64,000 bases of DNA from an uncultured Candidatus Saccharibacteria bacterium (lineage in GTDB: Bacteria > Patescibacteriota > Saccharimonadia > Saccharimonadales > JACDBH01): contig CAZBAF010000005.1 of the NCBI GenBank assembly GCA_964490245.1, positions 3,216 through 67,215 of the forward strand, written 5' to 3'. Position numbers and translations under genes: made by a program. The notes under the pieces were generated by a model. It made no database searches, was not told the origin of the DNA, and saw only the letters and a list, made by a program, of their open reading frames with translations. Positions 47,976-56,563 of this stretch are shown here, piece after piece. Numbering within the stretch: the stretch's first letter is position 1; the number at the start of each line of letters is the position of its first letter.

Positions 47976-48272
47976 TCAAACGTGCACCGCCGGCTCGAAG
48001 CCGTAGCTTTCCCGCAGCGCCCGCAGCAGACGCTGCGCATCTTCGGCGCTGCGGGCCTGGAAGTACAGGCTCACGTCGCTTTCGTTTGCGAACATGACGT
48101 CCTTGTCTCCAAAGAACCGGCCATGCAGGCCGAGCTCATAGGCGATCAGCTTGACACGAGTGGCGTGCTGGTAGGTCTCGCGGGACGCTCGCCCCGGGAG
48201 GCGCACCAACACCAGGTTGGGCAGGCCCGCCTTCGAAAGGCGGATCTCACGGGGCAGGGTGAGCGTAGTCAT
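47976..48272 (-). CDS. hypothetical protein (98 aa) in a locally GC-rich patch
   Basis: An agaggtg RBS lies 5 nt before the ATG. No motif recognised. Confidence 0.5.
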   Translation of the reverse strand: MTTLTLPREIRLSKAGLPNLVLVRLPGRASRETYQHATRVKLIAYELGLHGRFFGDKDVMFANESDVSLYFQARSAEDAQRLLRALRESYGFEPAVHV

Positions 48273-48450
48273 TTGACCACCTCTTTCTTTTATGTTTTTA
48301 AGGTCATTTACTCTGCAAATGCGACGCTAATTCAAGCAACGCAAGTGCTAATTATACAAAAAAACTATAAAAATGTCAATAGATACTGTCCAGTAAACTG
48401 GTCTGGCCGCCTCAGGCAAAGACAGCCTAAACAGAAGTTCGATTAGGCTA

Positions 48451-48479
48451 TTGACAAAACATAAGCGCTATGCTATAAT
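48451..48479 (+). promoter_or_regulatory. sigma70-type promoter P3 (TTGACA-N17-TGcTATAAT) with conserved leader
   Basis: ttgacaaaacataagcgctatgctataat is followed by gagaagatagggcc (48480-48493). Confidence 0.7.
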
Positions 48480-48526
48480 GAGAAGATAGGGCCTCTTTAG
48501 TCACTTCTCTTGATACAATACATTTT

Positions 48527-49186
48527 ATGCTTAAAACACCGCTACGGCTCAAGCAACTTCTTGCCCGGCACGGGGATGGTTTCGTTGCCTGCGGGTTGTT
48601 GTTTGTCGCTTTTGTGCTGATTAACCATGTCTCTATCCAAAGCTACCGACAGTATTTTATCGATCAAAACACTGCCGATGTGCCCGAGGTGGCGGTCGTC
48701 TTGGGTGGCGGTATTTCCGGCGGCAAACCGCGGCCGCTTTTAAAAGGGCGGCTGGATACGGCGGCGGCTTTGTACGAACAGGGCGTGGTCAGTAGAATAC
48801 TAGTCTCAGGTGATAATCGTTATGAGAATTACAACGAACCGGCTGTAATGAACCGGTATCTTGTTGAAGAAAAGAACCTCCCGGACAACGTTATCCACCA
48901 GGACATGGCCGGCCGCAGTACGTATGAAACCTGCGAACGCGCCAGCAAGATTTTTCAGCTGGATAGGATAGTGTTGGTATCAGAACGGACGCATTTGCCG
49001 CGGGCAATTTACCTTTGCCGCAGCTTTGGGCTTGAGGCTTACGGCGCACCCAGCCAGGCCGAGGCGGCATCCGGTCTGCGGCTCGGGCAGCGCTGGCGTG
49101 AGCTTCTGGCGAGTCAAAAAGCTTTTGTCAACGTATATGTTAAGGGCGAGGATACGGTGCTTGGCGAACCTTTGCCCATACAATAA
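48527..49186 (+). CDS. DUF218 / SanA-YdcF family protein
   Basis: N-terminal TM helix, then VAVVLGGGI....P...L..RLD.A..LY......ILVSGDN. Confidence 0.8.
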   Translation: MLKTPLRLKQLLARHGDGFVACGLLFVAFVLINHVSIQSYRQYFIDQNTADVPEVAVVLGGGISGGKPRPLLKGRLDTAAALYEQGVVSRILVSGDNRYENYNEPAVMNRYLVEEKNLPDNVIHQDMAGRSTYETCERASKIFQLDRIVLVSERTHLPRAIYLCRSFGLEAYGAPSQAEAASGLRLGQRWRELLASQKAFVNVYVKGEDTVLGEPLPIQ

Positions 49187-49216
49187 GCCGCCAGTATTGT
49201 CAGCCGGCGGCTTATT
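49182..49216. terminator. hairpin between the convergent sanA-like and hsp20 genes
   Basis: aataagccgcc-13 nt-ggcggcttatt. Confidence 0.5.
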
Positions 49217-49237
49217 ATGGCTTTTGTGACGGCCGTG

Positions 49238-49666
49238 TTATTTATTCTTGGCCTTGATGGCAATCTTTTTGGGCTGCGGCAGCTCTTTAAACGGCACCGT
49301 TACCTTTAGTACGCCGTCCTCCATATGGGCATTAATATTGTCGGCGTCAGCCCGCTCCGGCAGGTGGATGCGCCGGTAAAAGCTGCTGGCGCTTTCGCGT
49401 ACGACATATTTCTTTTTCTTGTCTTCCTCTTTTTCGTGGCGCTCGGCCGAGATAACCAGCGAGCCGTCGTCGAGATGGATGTCGATATCATCCTGTTCGT
49501 AATTAGGCAGATGAGCCTCGACCACCAGCTCTTTGTCATCATTGGTATAAACATCGGTGGTCGGGATAGCCAGTCCTTTGAGCGGCGTAAAGAAATCATC
49601 GCCAAAGAACTGACGCTGCAGAGCATTCAGCTCTGCAAAAGGGTCAAATCTTGTTAATTTGTTCAT
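49238..49666 (-). CDS. Hsp20 / alpha-crystallin small heat-shock protein
   Basis: ACD pattern ...TDVYTNDDKELVVEAHLPN.....IDI.......L.I.A.......F.R...LP...D...I.A....GVL.V..P. The start is at the ATG at 49666, with an aaggagagg RBS. Confidence 0.9.
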   Translation of the reverse strand: MNKLTRFDPFAELNALQRQFFGDDFFTPLKGLAIPTTDVYTNDDKELVVEAHLPNYEQDDIDIHLDDGSLVISAERHEKEEDKKKKYVVRESASSFYRRIHLPERADADNINAHMEDGVLKVTVPFKELPQPKKIAIKAKNK

Positions 49667-49791
49667 AGTACCTCTCCTTTCTTTACTTTGCGATACGCAC
49701 GTTGAAGTTTGAAGAAGCATATGCTTCCTTTTATAGTGTAGAAAATTAGCACTCACTTGTCAAGACTGCTAATACCGCTTATACTGGCTGT

Positions 49792-50175
49792 ATGCTTGAT
49801 GTTACAGATAAGGCGTTTAATGACCTGATTGCCGAAGCGCTTGACGAGTTGCCGCCGGAATACACCAGCCGGCTGAATAATGTGCTTATAACCTATGAGG
49901 ATGAACCGTCGCCTGAGCAGCGGACCCGGCTCCGGCTGCATCATGGCCAGACTTTGTTTGGACTGTACGAGGGTGTGCCGCTGACAAAACGCGGTAATGG
50001 GTACAATATGGTGCTGCCCGACAGGATAACCATTTTTAAGCGTCCCATGCTGCATACGGCGGCGGATATGCCCGGATTGAAGGCTCAGGTTAAGCATACG
50101 TTATGGCACGAAATCGCTCACTACTTTGGGCTGGATCATGACCGCATCCATGAGATAGAGGCGCGCTGGCAGTAA
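49792..50175 (+). CDS. zinicin-like metallopeptidase family protein (DUF1025-type)
   Basis: C-terminal HEIAHYFG motif, 127 aa. Confidence 0.7.
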   Translation: MLDVTDKAFNDLIAEALDELPPEYTSRLNNVLITYEDEPSPEQRTRLRLHHGQTLFGLYEGVPLTKRGNGYNMVLPDRITIFKRPMLHTAADMPGLKAQVKHTLWHEIAHYFGLDHDRIHEIEARWQ

Positions 50176-50182
50176 GCGAGCG

Positions 50183-52258
50183 TTAATCCTGGGCGGCAAA
50201 GCGGGACAGCAGGTCAGTGCGCGTAATCACCAGATAACCCGTTGTCAGGACGCTGAGTACGATAAGGAAGGTAGGGTTAAACCCGTTTGTCGCGGGTGCG
50301 CTGGCGGATGCTGCGCTGGCGGCGGATTCGGCAGGCTGGCTTGGGGCGGCCGGACCAATCTCGTAAGCGCTGGCCAGCACGGCGTTGCCATCGTCATCGG
50401 CATTAAAACTGACTGCAAAGGTTCGTACTGCGCTGACTGCGGGCCGCCTGGCCGTTAATGACGGGCTGCCCATACCCATGCCGCCGGCTGGTCTGACGGG
50501 CTGCGGTCCGGACGGGGCAGGTCCTGCTGCGACAGAATTGCCATAGGGCGTGTTCGTGCCAAAGCTGCCGTACCAGTTTCCAAAAATGTTGATAAAGAGC
50601 AGGCCGAACCAGCCGTTAAGCGAAAAGTGATTGCCGGCGATGTTGCCGATATTGACGCCGGCATAGGCATTGCCGGATCGGGCGCTGCCCGCCTGTGTAT
50701 TGTTGCTGACTTCGGCATCGCCGCTGTATGCGCCGACGTTAACGTTGTTATGTATGGCCGCGGTTGTGTTTATGTCGTACGAAGCGTTGCCGCCGGCCGG
50801 ATTGTAGCTAGTCAGACCGCCGCCGAGAGCCGCAGCGGTTGCACCCTGCGGTGCATTGGTAATAAAACCAATCCACTCGCCTGAGACATTCACAAAGACC
50901 AGCAAAGCATCACGTCCCACCACGCTGTGTCCGGTCAGGTTAAAGACCGTTACATTTGTCTCGGCGCTGCCGGATGCGGCGCCGCCGGCAATGGTGTTGC
51001 CCGCCACTGTGGCCGAACCGCTGGCTGCAGTAGCGTTGACATTATTTGTAATGGTGGTGTCTGAATTGATATCAGCCAGGGCATCGCCGCAGGCGCACGG
51101 ACCGATGTCCACTGTCGGCACGTTGGCGGCAATTAATGTGTCCACAACCTCTTGCGGCATCAGTACATCGCCTTCGTAATTGCCGTGGATGTTCAGCACG
51201 CCTATAAAAGATTGGCCGGCGGTTATCGAGCTGTTGATCATATTAATAATATTGGCAACCGCAGTCGCGTCGCCGGTGGTGGCATCACCGGCTTTTGTGT
51301 TGGCGCTGACGGTGGCGTCACCGCTTTGCGCCAGCAGATCAACGGTATTATTGATGTTGCCATCGACACTGGCATTGACGCTCAGCTCGCCGCAGGCACA
51401 GTCCTGCGATCCCGTCCCGCCGAACAGCGTGGGATCAATCAATATATCGCCATAGTAATCGCCCTGAATAGTCGAGGTGTAGATTTCAGGCAGCAAGCCC
51501 TGCCAGCCAAAGTTGGATTGAAGCATATTCATAACAGTGGCCATTGCTGTTGCATCACCGGAAGCAGCACTGCCGGCAACGGTGTTTTGCAGCACGGCGG
51601 CATTGCCGCTTATGGCTGATGAGGAAAGGCCGGTATTAAGACTCGCATCTACGTCCACGTTGAGCGTGGTGCCGCCGTTTTGACCAGGCAAGATGCTGTT
51701 ATGGGTTTGTCCGGATACAGTCGGCAGGAGGGCTGAGCCAGAGGTTGTCGGCGCGATACTGTCATTCGAATCTGTTTGATCGGCACCAGATGGTACAGAT
51801 GGTGTAGTGGTATTGTTATTGTCGGACGGGTTGTCCTGAGGTGTATTCTCAGCCGGGGGTGCAGGCTGCACCACGGGTGCATAGGTGCTCGTTATCTCGT
51901 AGGCGTAAGCACCGCGCGGGGCGTGATATACCCATTCGTATACCTCCCAGCGGTTGAGTTCGGCGTTAAAGCGGTGTTCTGGTGTGTATTTTGGTATGGC
52001 GGTGCCGGCGGCCGAATCCCAGGTGTAATAGGCATTCTGCCAGGCATTGATGGTGCAATCATAGGTATAGGTGTGGGCGGCAGAGCCGGTTGGCCGGCGG
52101 GCAGTGTCCGGTGCCACACAGACAGGCTCGGGCTCAGGCGGTGCGGCCTCTTGGGCCAGCGCGCGCGAAGCCAGCGGAAGTGATAAAACCAGGCAGTAGG
52201 CTGCAGTGATCAAGCAGATTACCGATGATTTGATGGCGTTTACCGCGCTAACTTTCAT
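50183..52258 (-). CDS. large secreted repeat protein with a C-terminal TM anchor
   Basis: Signal peptide and a gaggagg RBS. At least four repeats of C-x-C-G ... SG(D/N/S)A-x-V-x-x-NT-x-AG-x-A-x-(S/T)G-x-A. Pro/Ala-rich stalk and a final hydrophobic helix. Confidence 0.75.
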   Translation of the reverse strand: MKVSAVNAIKSSVICLITAAYCLVLSLPLASRALAQEAAPPEPEPVCVAPDTARRPTGSAAHTYTYDCTINAWQNAYYTWDSAAGTAIPKYTPEHRFNAELNRWEVYEWVYHAPRGAYAYEITSTYAPVVQPAPPAENTPQDNPSDNNNTTTPSVPSGADQTDSNDSIAPTTSGSALLPTVSGQTHNSILPGQNGGTTLNVDVDASLNTGLSSSAISGNAAVLQNTVAGSAASGDATAMATVMNMLQSNFGWQGLLPEIYTSTIQGDYYGDILIDPTLFGGTGSQDCACGELSVNASVDGNINNTVDLLAQSGDATVSANTKAGDATTGDATAVANIINMINSSITAGQSFIGVLNIHGNYEGDVLMPQEVVDTLIAANVPTVDIGPCACGDALADINSDTTITNNVNATAASGSATVAGNTIAGGAASGSAETNVTVFNLTGHSVVGRDALLVFVNVSGEWIGFITNAPQGATAAALGGGLTSYNPAGGNASYDINTTAAIHNNVNVGAYSGDAEVSNNTQAGSARSGNAYAGVNIGNIAGNHFSLNGWFGLLFINIFGNWYGSFGTNTPYGNSVAAGPAPSGPQPVRPAGGMGMGSPSLTARRPAVSAVRTFAVSFNADDDGNAVLASAYEIGPAAPSQPAESAASAASASAPATNGFNPTFLIVLSVLTTGYLVITRTDLLSRFAAQD

Positions 52259-52433
52259 AAAAAATTGCCTCCTCAATTACCCCGCTTTCGCGGCAAGAGT
52301 GAGAGCAGACCTTTGCTCACTCTTGCCGCATGTTGACGTCCGCCTGGGGCCTCTCTGTCCATCACGTTAACGTAAAAGTGAGTGATGCCGTCGGCTCCCG
52401 GTCGGTTATCAAAAAGCTGCTAAAGTACGAACC

Positions 52434-53021
52434 TTAGTTTGTGACCGATAGACTGAATACCACGCTGCTGGTGTTGGTGGCGCTGCCGGTGGAGGCGTCA
52501 CCGCCGGTGGTGTTACCCCAGACTTTGGCATCGCCGCTGCTGGCGTTCTGATCGACGTCAACATCCACATCGACATCGGTGTCGTTATCAACGCGCACTG
52601 ATGACTCGTTCTTAAAGTGGACACGGTTATCCGAGCTTTGTCCGGTGGTGTCGATGCTGGCCTCATGATCGCCGCCGTTCACACAGCCGCAGGTCAATGC
52701 GTCAGATGACGAACCGCTGTTGTCGATTGTCAGCGCCGCTTCTATCTCTGACTCGTTTGTTGCGTCACCGGTTTCGGCATCACCGCCGGTTGTATTGGCA
52801 GACATGCGGGCATCGCCGCTGTCGGCATCCTGGTCGAGATCTACATCGAACTCTACGTCCGTTCTGTTATCCAGGTAGACCTCTGACTCGCTCTCCCAGA
52901 CGATGTCATTATCCGACCCCTGGCCCGTGTTTTCGATGGACCCCGTTGCGGCTGCTGCCATGCCGCCCGTAACCCCCATGCTTACGAGCACTGCGGCAAA
53001 CAACCGTAGTAACTTTCTCAT
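52434..53021 (-). CDS. small secreted repeat protein (two ~85-aa repeats)
   Basis: Signal peptide, then two copies of SI-x-(N/T)TGQ-x-SDN...DN-x-TDV...SGDA-x-x-x-x-NTTGGDA-x-TG-x-ATN. It shares the SGDA/NT..G.A..G.A core with the large protein. Confidence 0.75.
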   Translation of the reverse strand: MRKLLRLFAAVLVSMGVTGGMAAAATGSIENTGQGSDNDIVWESESEVYLDNRTDVEFDVDLDQDADSGDARMSANTTGGDAETGDATNESEIEAALTIDNSGSSSDALTCGCVNGGDHEASIDTTGQSSDNRVHFKNESSVRVDNDTDVDVDVDVDQNASSGDAKVWGNTTGGDASTGSATNTSSVVFSLSVTN

Positions 53022-53134
53022 AAGTTTCCCTCCTTTATTATTTAGTTAATTATTGTTGTCTCGGACACCTCGTCCGACCGCGGCCAGGCATGCGGATGAT
53101 AAGCCTGGCCCTGGCCGGACGATGTTCCGGCCAG

Positions 53135-53719
53135 TCAGTCCGCCTCCATGTTCATTTTGGAGTCGGTCGAAATAGTAATATTGGCGCCGCTGCCAGCGTC
53201 GATGCGGCCGCGAATACGGGTGCTGCTGTGCTCGTCTTCCAGATCCTGCTTGACCCGCCCATTCTCTGGCAGGTCAACCGGCTGGCCGTTAACGGTCAGG
53301 GACGGCTGCACTGCTTCACCGCTGGCTGTGCCCTCGGTATTGGTGGTCATTTCTATATGCAGGGAGGCCCTGGACTGGTTCGTCTGCTGCGGCTCGTCAG
53401 GTTTTTCGTTGTTGGCCGGCGGCGTAACAGCTGCATCGTCGGGGTCATGATTATCGGGTTTCAGGCTGGCGGCAGGTTGCGGACTGGCGACGGCAGGGGT
53501 CAGGGTGGTTAGTTCCGGCGGCTCGTCAACTGGTGCCAGCGAGCCGTACATAAGCGCAGGTACTGAATAAACGATTAATAAAAATCCTGCTACTAAAGCA
53601 ATGGCACCTGCGGTGCGTGCGGCGCCGGGCACGGTGTCTTTTGTCCTGATTGTCTTCGTTTCAAGTGTATTTGTGTGTGTTTGGTGTTGTTTGTTGCCGA
53701 TATGCTTGGCAATTTTCAT
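53135..53719 (-). CDS. membrane-anchored extracytoplasmic protein, first gene of the repeat-protein locus
   Basis: The start is at the ATG at 53719 with a gggagg RBS. One TM helix, a Pro-rich linker and a small beta-rich C-terminus. Confidence 0.6.
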   Translation of the reverse strand: MKIAKHIGNKQHQTHTNTLETKTIRTKDTVPGAARTAGAIALVAGFLLIVYSVPALMYGSLAPVDEPPELTTLTPAVASPQPAASLKPDNHDPDDAAVTPPANNEKPDEPQQTNQSRASLHIEMTTNTEGTASGEAVQPSLTVNGQPVDLPENGRVKQDLEDEHSSTRIRGRIDAGSGANITISTDSKMNMEAD

Positions 53720-54009
53720 AACAAAACCTCCCACTTGTTGATAACGAATGTGCGTTAAGCCTCCCAAAAAGCTTACGTTTTCATGATGTGCCTTAAACTA
53801 TGCATTGTCAATAGAAAATGCATAAGCACTATGTGGATAAGTTTTGCTAACCCCTATATTTTTGTAGTGTAGCGATCCTCTATTACGTTCTTAAGTAAGA
53901 TAATAGCATGAGCATAATTTAATATGCAAGACCATAAGCGTTCGCTTTCTCAATCCCGTGGCTGCAGGGCCAAAATCACAATCTGCTACAATAAATTCTT
54001 AGAGAAAGG

Positions 54010-54336
54010 GTGCGGATGAGATCAGCCAAAAAATCAGGAATAGTGCGCAGGCCTCTCGAGTACCTGTTACTCACGGTGGTCGGGCTGCTGATTGCCGTAC
54101 TGGTGTATGCGAACATGGTGATAGGTCGGGACGAAGGACTGCTGTCAGATGCCGTCTCGGCCCCGGCGCAGCAGTATACCGGCACGCCGCAGGAAATTGA
54201 CAGCTTGACCCAGGCCGACCTTTTATCAGAGGCCGCTTTGCTAAAAACCGGCGATCAAACCGAGCTGACTGCAGCCGATCAGGCGGCAGCAGCGGCAGAC
54301 CATATCAGCGGAGTTTATGATGAATCGCTTTACTAG
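54010..54336 (+). CDS. small membrane-anchored protein, hypothetical
   Basis: One TM helix. It overlaps the next ORF by 20 nt. Confidence 0.45.
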   Translation: MRMRSAKKSGIVRRPLEYLLLTVVGLLIAVLVYANMVIGRDEGLLSDAVSAPAQQYTGTPQEIDSLTQADLLSEAALLKTGDQTELTAADQAAAAADHISGVYDESLY

Positions 54337-55069
54337 ATTGCTTGCAGTGCTGGTTATGGCCTGTGTTTTACTGACGCAGCTGCCGGTGCCGGCGGTGGCC
54401 CAGGATACGACCGATCACCCCGGGGATATCTGTCAGGTTGTGGCGGACAGGCGCGGCGGCGTTGAAGGGGAGTTTGCCGAGCGGGTGGCCCGGTACCGCC
54501 AGGTCGACGAGTCGGCCGCCGACAGAGTTGCGCGCCAGCGCGAAACACTTAACGATAAGGTTGCTGCTGCACGCCAAAAGGCCGATGCCGCCCGGGCAGA
54601 GGCATTTAAACTTATGCTGGACAGACAGTCAGATCCGGAAGCAGCCGGTGCGGTTGAAACATACCGTCAGGCAGTTGAGCAGGCGGTAACGGCGCGGCGG
54701 CAGGCGGATGATGCCGCCCGTGACAACTTCAGGCAGCAGATTGATACTATCAGGAATAATCGGCGTGCCGAGATCGAGGCCCGCACGGACCGGTTCCGCA
54801 CGGCCGCTCTTGAGGCTCTCAGTTCGGCGGCTGCCGTCTGCCGCAGAGGCCGTCCGGACCAGGCTGCTATTCGCAGCGCGGTGCGCTCCGGCTTGCAGAG
54901 CGCCCGACTGGAGTTTGGTGATTATCGCCGCACCGTAGGTCTGCCCTCAGAGCAGATTAAGGCTTTTATAGCTGAACGCGATAAAGCCCTGGAGTCGTCA
55001 CGGGCCGCTTTTGAGCAGGCAATGCAGGCGGCCCGCCACCAGCTTATGCTCAGCGGATTTGCAGATTAG
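54317..55069 (+). CDS. secreted alpha-helical Ala/Arg/Gln-rich protein, hypothetical
   Basis: A signal peptide ending PAVAQD, then low-complexity helical sequence. Confidence 0.55.
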   Translation: MMNRFTRLLAVLVMACVLLTQLPVPAVAQDTTDHPGDICQVVADRRGGVEGEFAERVARYRQVDESAADRVARQRETLNDKVAAARQKADAARAEAFKLMLDRQSDPEAAGAVETYRQAVEQAVTARRQADDAARDNFRQQIDTIRNNRRAEIEARTDRFRTAALEALSSAAAVCRRGRPDQAAIRSAVRSGLQSARLEFGDYRRTVGLPSEQIKAFIAERDKALESSRAAFEQAMQAARHQLMLSGFAD

Positions 55070-55473
55070 CGGCAGCGCGCGCAGATGCCGCTAATCTCCA
55101 GTGAATGATTTTGCGCCGTAAAGCCGCCTTTGGCTGCTATTTCATTAATGGTGTTTTCGAAATCTGCCGGCTCGGTAAAGCTGACCACGCGGCCGCAGAC
55201 AGTGCAGACCAGGTGGTGATGATGAGGCGAAAATTTGTCGCTGAGCTCTATCTTGTATTTCCATCCCTGTTGAACGCGCACCACAATGCCGAGCTCTTCG
55301 AACAGGCTGACCGTGCGGTAGATGCTTGCGCGGTCAATAACACTGGCCAGATCCAGGATAAGTTCACGCATGCTGCGGGGCACACCTGCCTGCAGAGCGC
55401 TGAAAACCGCCTGGCGGGGTTTTGTCAGGCTGTAACCGTGCGCTTTGAGGGTTTTTGCCAGCTCATCTTGCAT
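55066..55473 (-). CDS. Fur-family metalloregulator (Zur-like)
   Basis: Winged-helix N-terminus, an HHHH..C..C motif and a C-terminal C..C. It is divergent from the ZIP transporter gene. The start is moved to the ATG at 55473. Confidence 0.85.
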   Translation of the reverse strand: MQDELAKTLKAHGYSLTKPRQAVFSALQAGVPRSMRELILDLASVIDRASIYRTVSLFEELGIVVRVQQGWKYKIELSDKFSPHHHHLVCTVCGRVVSFTEPADFENTINEIAAKGGFTAQNHSLEISGICARCR

Positions 55474-55627
55474 GGCGCAATAGTAACATAAATTGCGACA
55501 AATTTGCAAAAATAATTCTGTCTCAAATAAAATAAACAACATAATGCTGCAAACAGGGAAACGTACGTAAAATCCCCCTGCAGTTCAGGGGTACTATCGA
55601 TGCACTAAATACAAAAGGAAAGGGTTT

Positions 55628-56545
55628 ATGACTGAATATCTCCAACTGATCGGATTAACGCTTATTGGCGGGGTTCTCTCGCTTATTGGTGCCGTCCTGC
55701 TGCTCAAGCGCAAAGATACCGCACGGATATTGGCCAAATATGCCACACCGTTTGCGGCCGGAGCGCTGCTGGCGGCGGTTTTTTTGGATCTGTTACAGGA
55801 CGGAATCGAGCATTCTTCTGCTGACCGGGTGCTGTTGGCGACTCTTGTAGGTATGGTGCTCTTCTTTTTGGGCGAGCGTTTTCTGCGCTGGTTTCATCAT
55901 CATAATCATGGTGTTGAAGAAGCTCATGCCGACAAGCCCCTGATAATTATCGGTGATACCGTACATAATGCACTGGACGGTGTGGCAATTGCAGCAGCTT
56001 TTTTGGTTAATCCGGCGACCGGACTGGTGACCGCAATAGCTGTAGCCGCGCACGAGATTCCGCAAGAGATTGGTGATTTTGGACTGCTGCTGAGCCGGGG
56101 GATGTCACGCGGCAAGGTACTTTTAGTAAATGTGCTGAGTGCGCTTGCGACCACTGCAGCTGCCCTGATAGTGTTTGCGCTGGGCAGCGCAGATGTGCTG
56201 CCGATTGGCGTGATTCTGGGCCTGAGTGCCGGCTTTTTGTTGTACATTGCCGCCAGTGATATTATCCCGGATATCCATGATCAGGCGCCCAAGCATAAAC
56301 TGTTCGATTGGCCGGTGGTTATGCTGCTGTCAGGCGTAATACTCGTTGGGCTGGTTATCCAGGTGGCGCACCGCTACATTCATACATCGCACGATCATAA
56401 GGCAGAACATCATCTGTCTGAACATCATCATGAGCACGGACATACCGAATGCGTAGCACCGGCACCCGGTACCGAATTGCCGCCTGTCTGTGCGGAAGAA
56501 GCGCACGGTCACGAAAACGATGGCGAGCACCAGCACGAACACTGA
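55628..56545 (+). CDS. ZIP-family metal (zinc) transporter with a His-rich C-terminal tail
   Basis: HNALDGVAIA and HEIPQEIGDF motifs. The tail contains many His residues (HDHKAEHHLSEHHHEHGH...). Confidence 0.88.
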   Translation: MTEYLQLIGLTLIGGVLSLIGAVLLLKRKDTARILAKYATPFAAGALLAAVFLDLLQDGIEHSSADRVLLATLVGMVLFFLGERFLRWFHHHNHGVEEAHADKPLIIIGDTVHNALDGVAIAAAFLVNPATGLVTAIAVAAHEIPQEIGDFGLLLSRGMSRGKVLLVNVLSALATTAAALIVFALGSADVLPIGVILGLSAGFLLYIAASDIIPDIHDQAPKHKLFDWPVVMLLSGVILVGLVIQVAHRYIHTSHDHKAEHHLSEHHHEHGHTECVAPAPGTELPPVCAEEAHGHENDGEHQHEH

Positions 56546-56563
56546 TCTGCTACAATAAACCAT

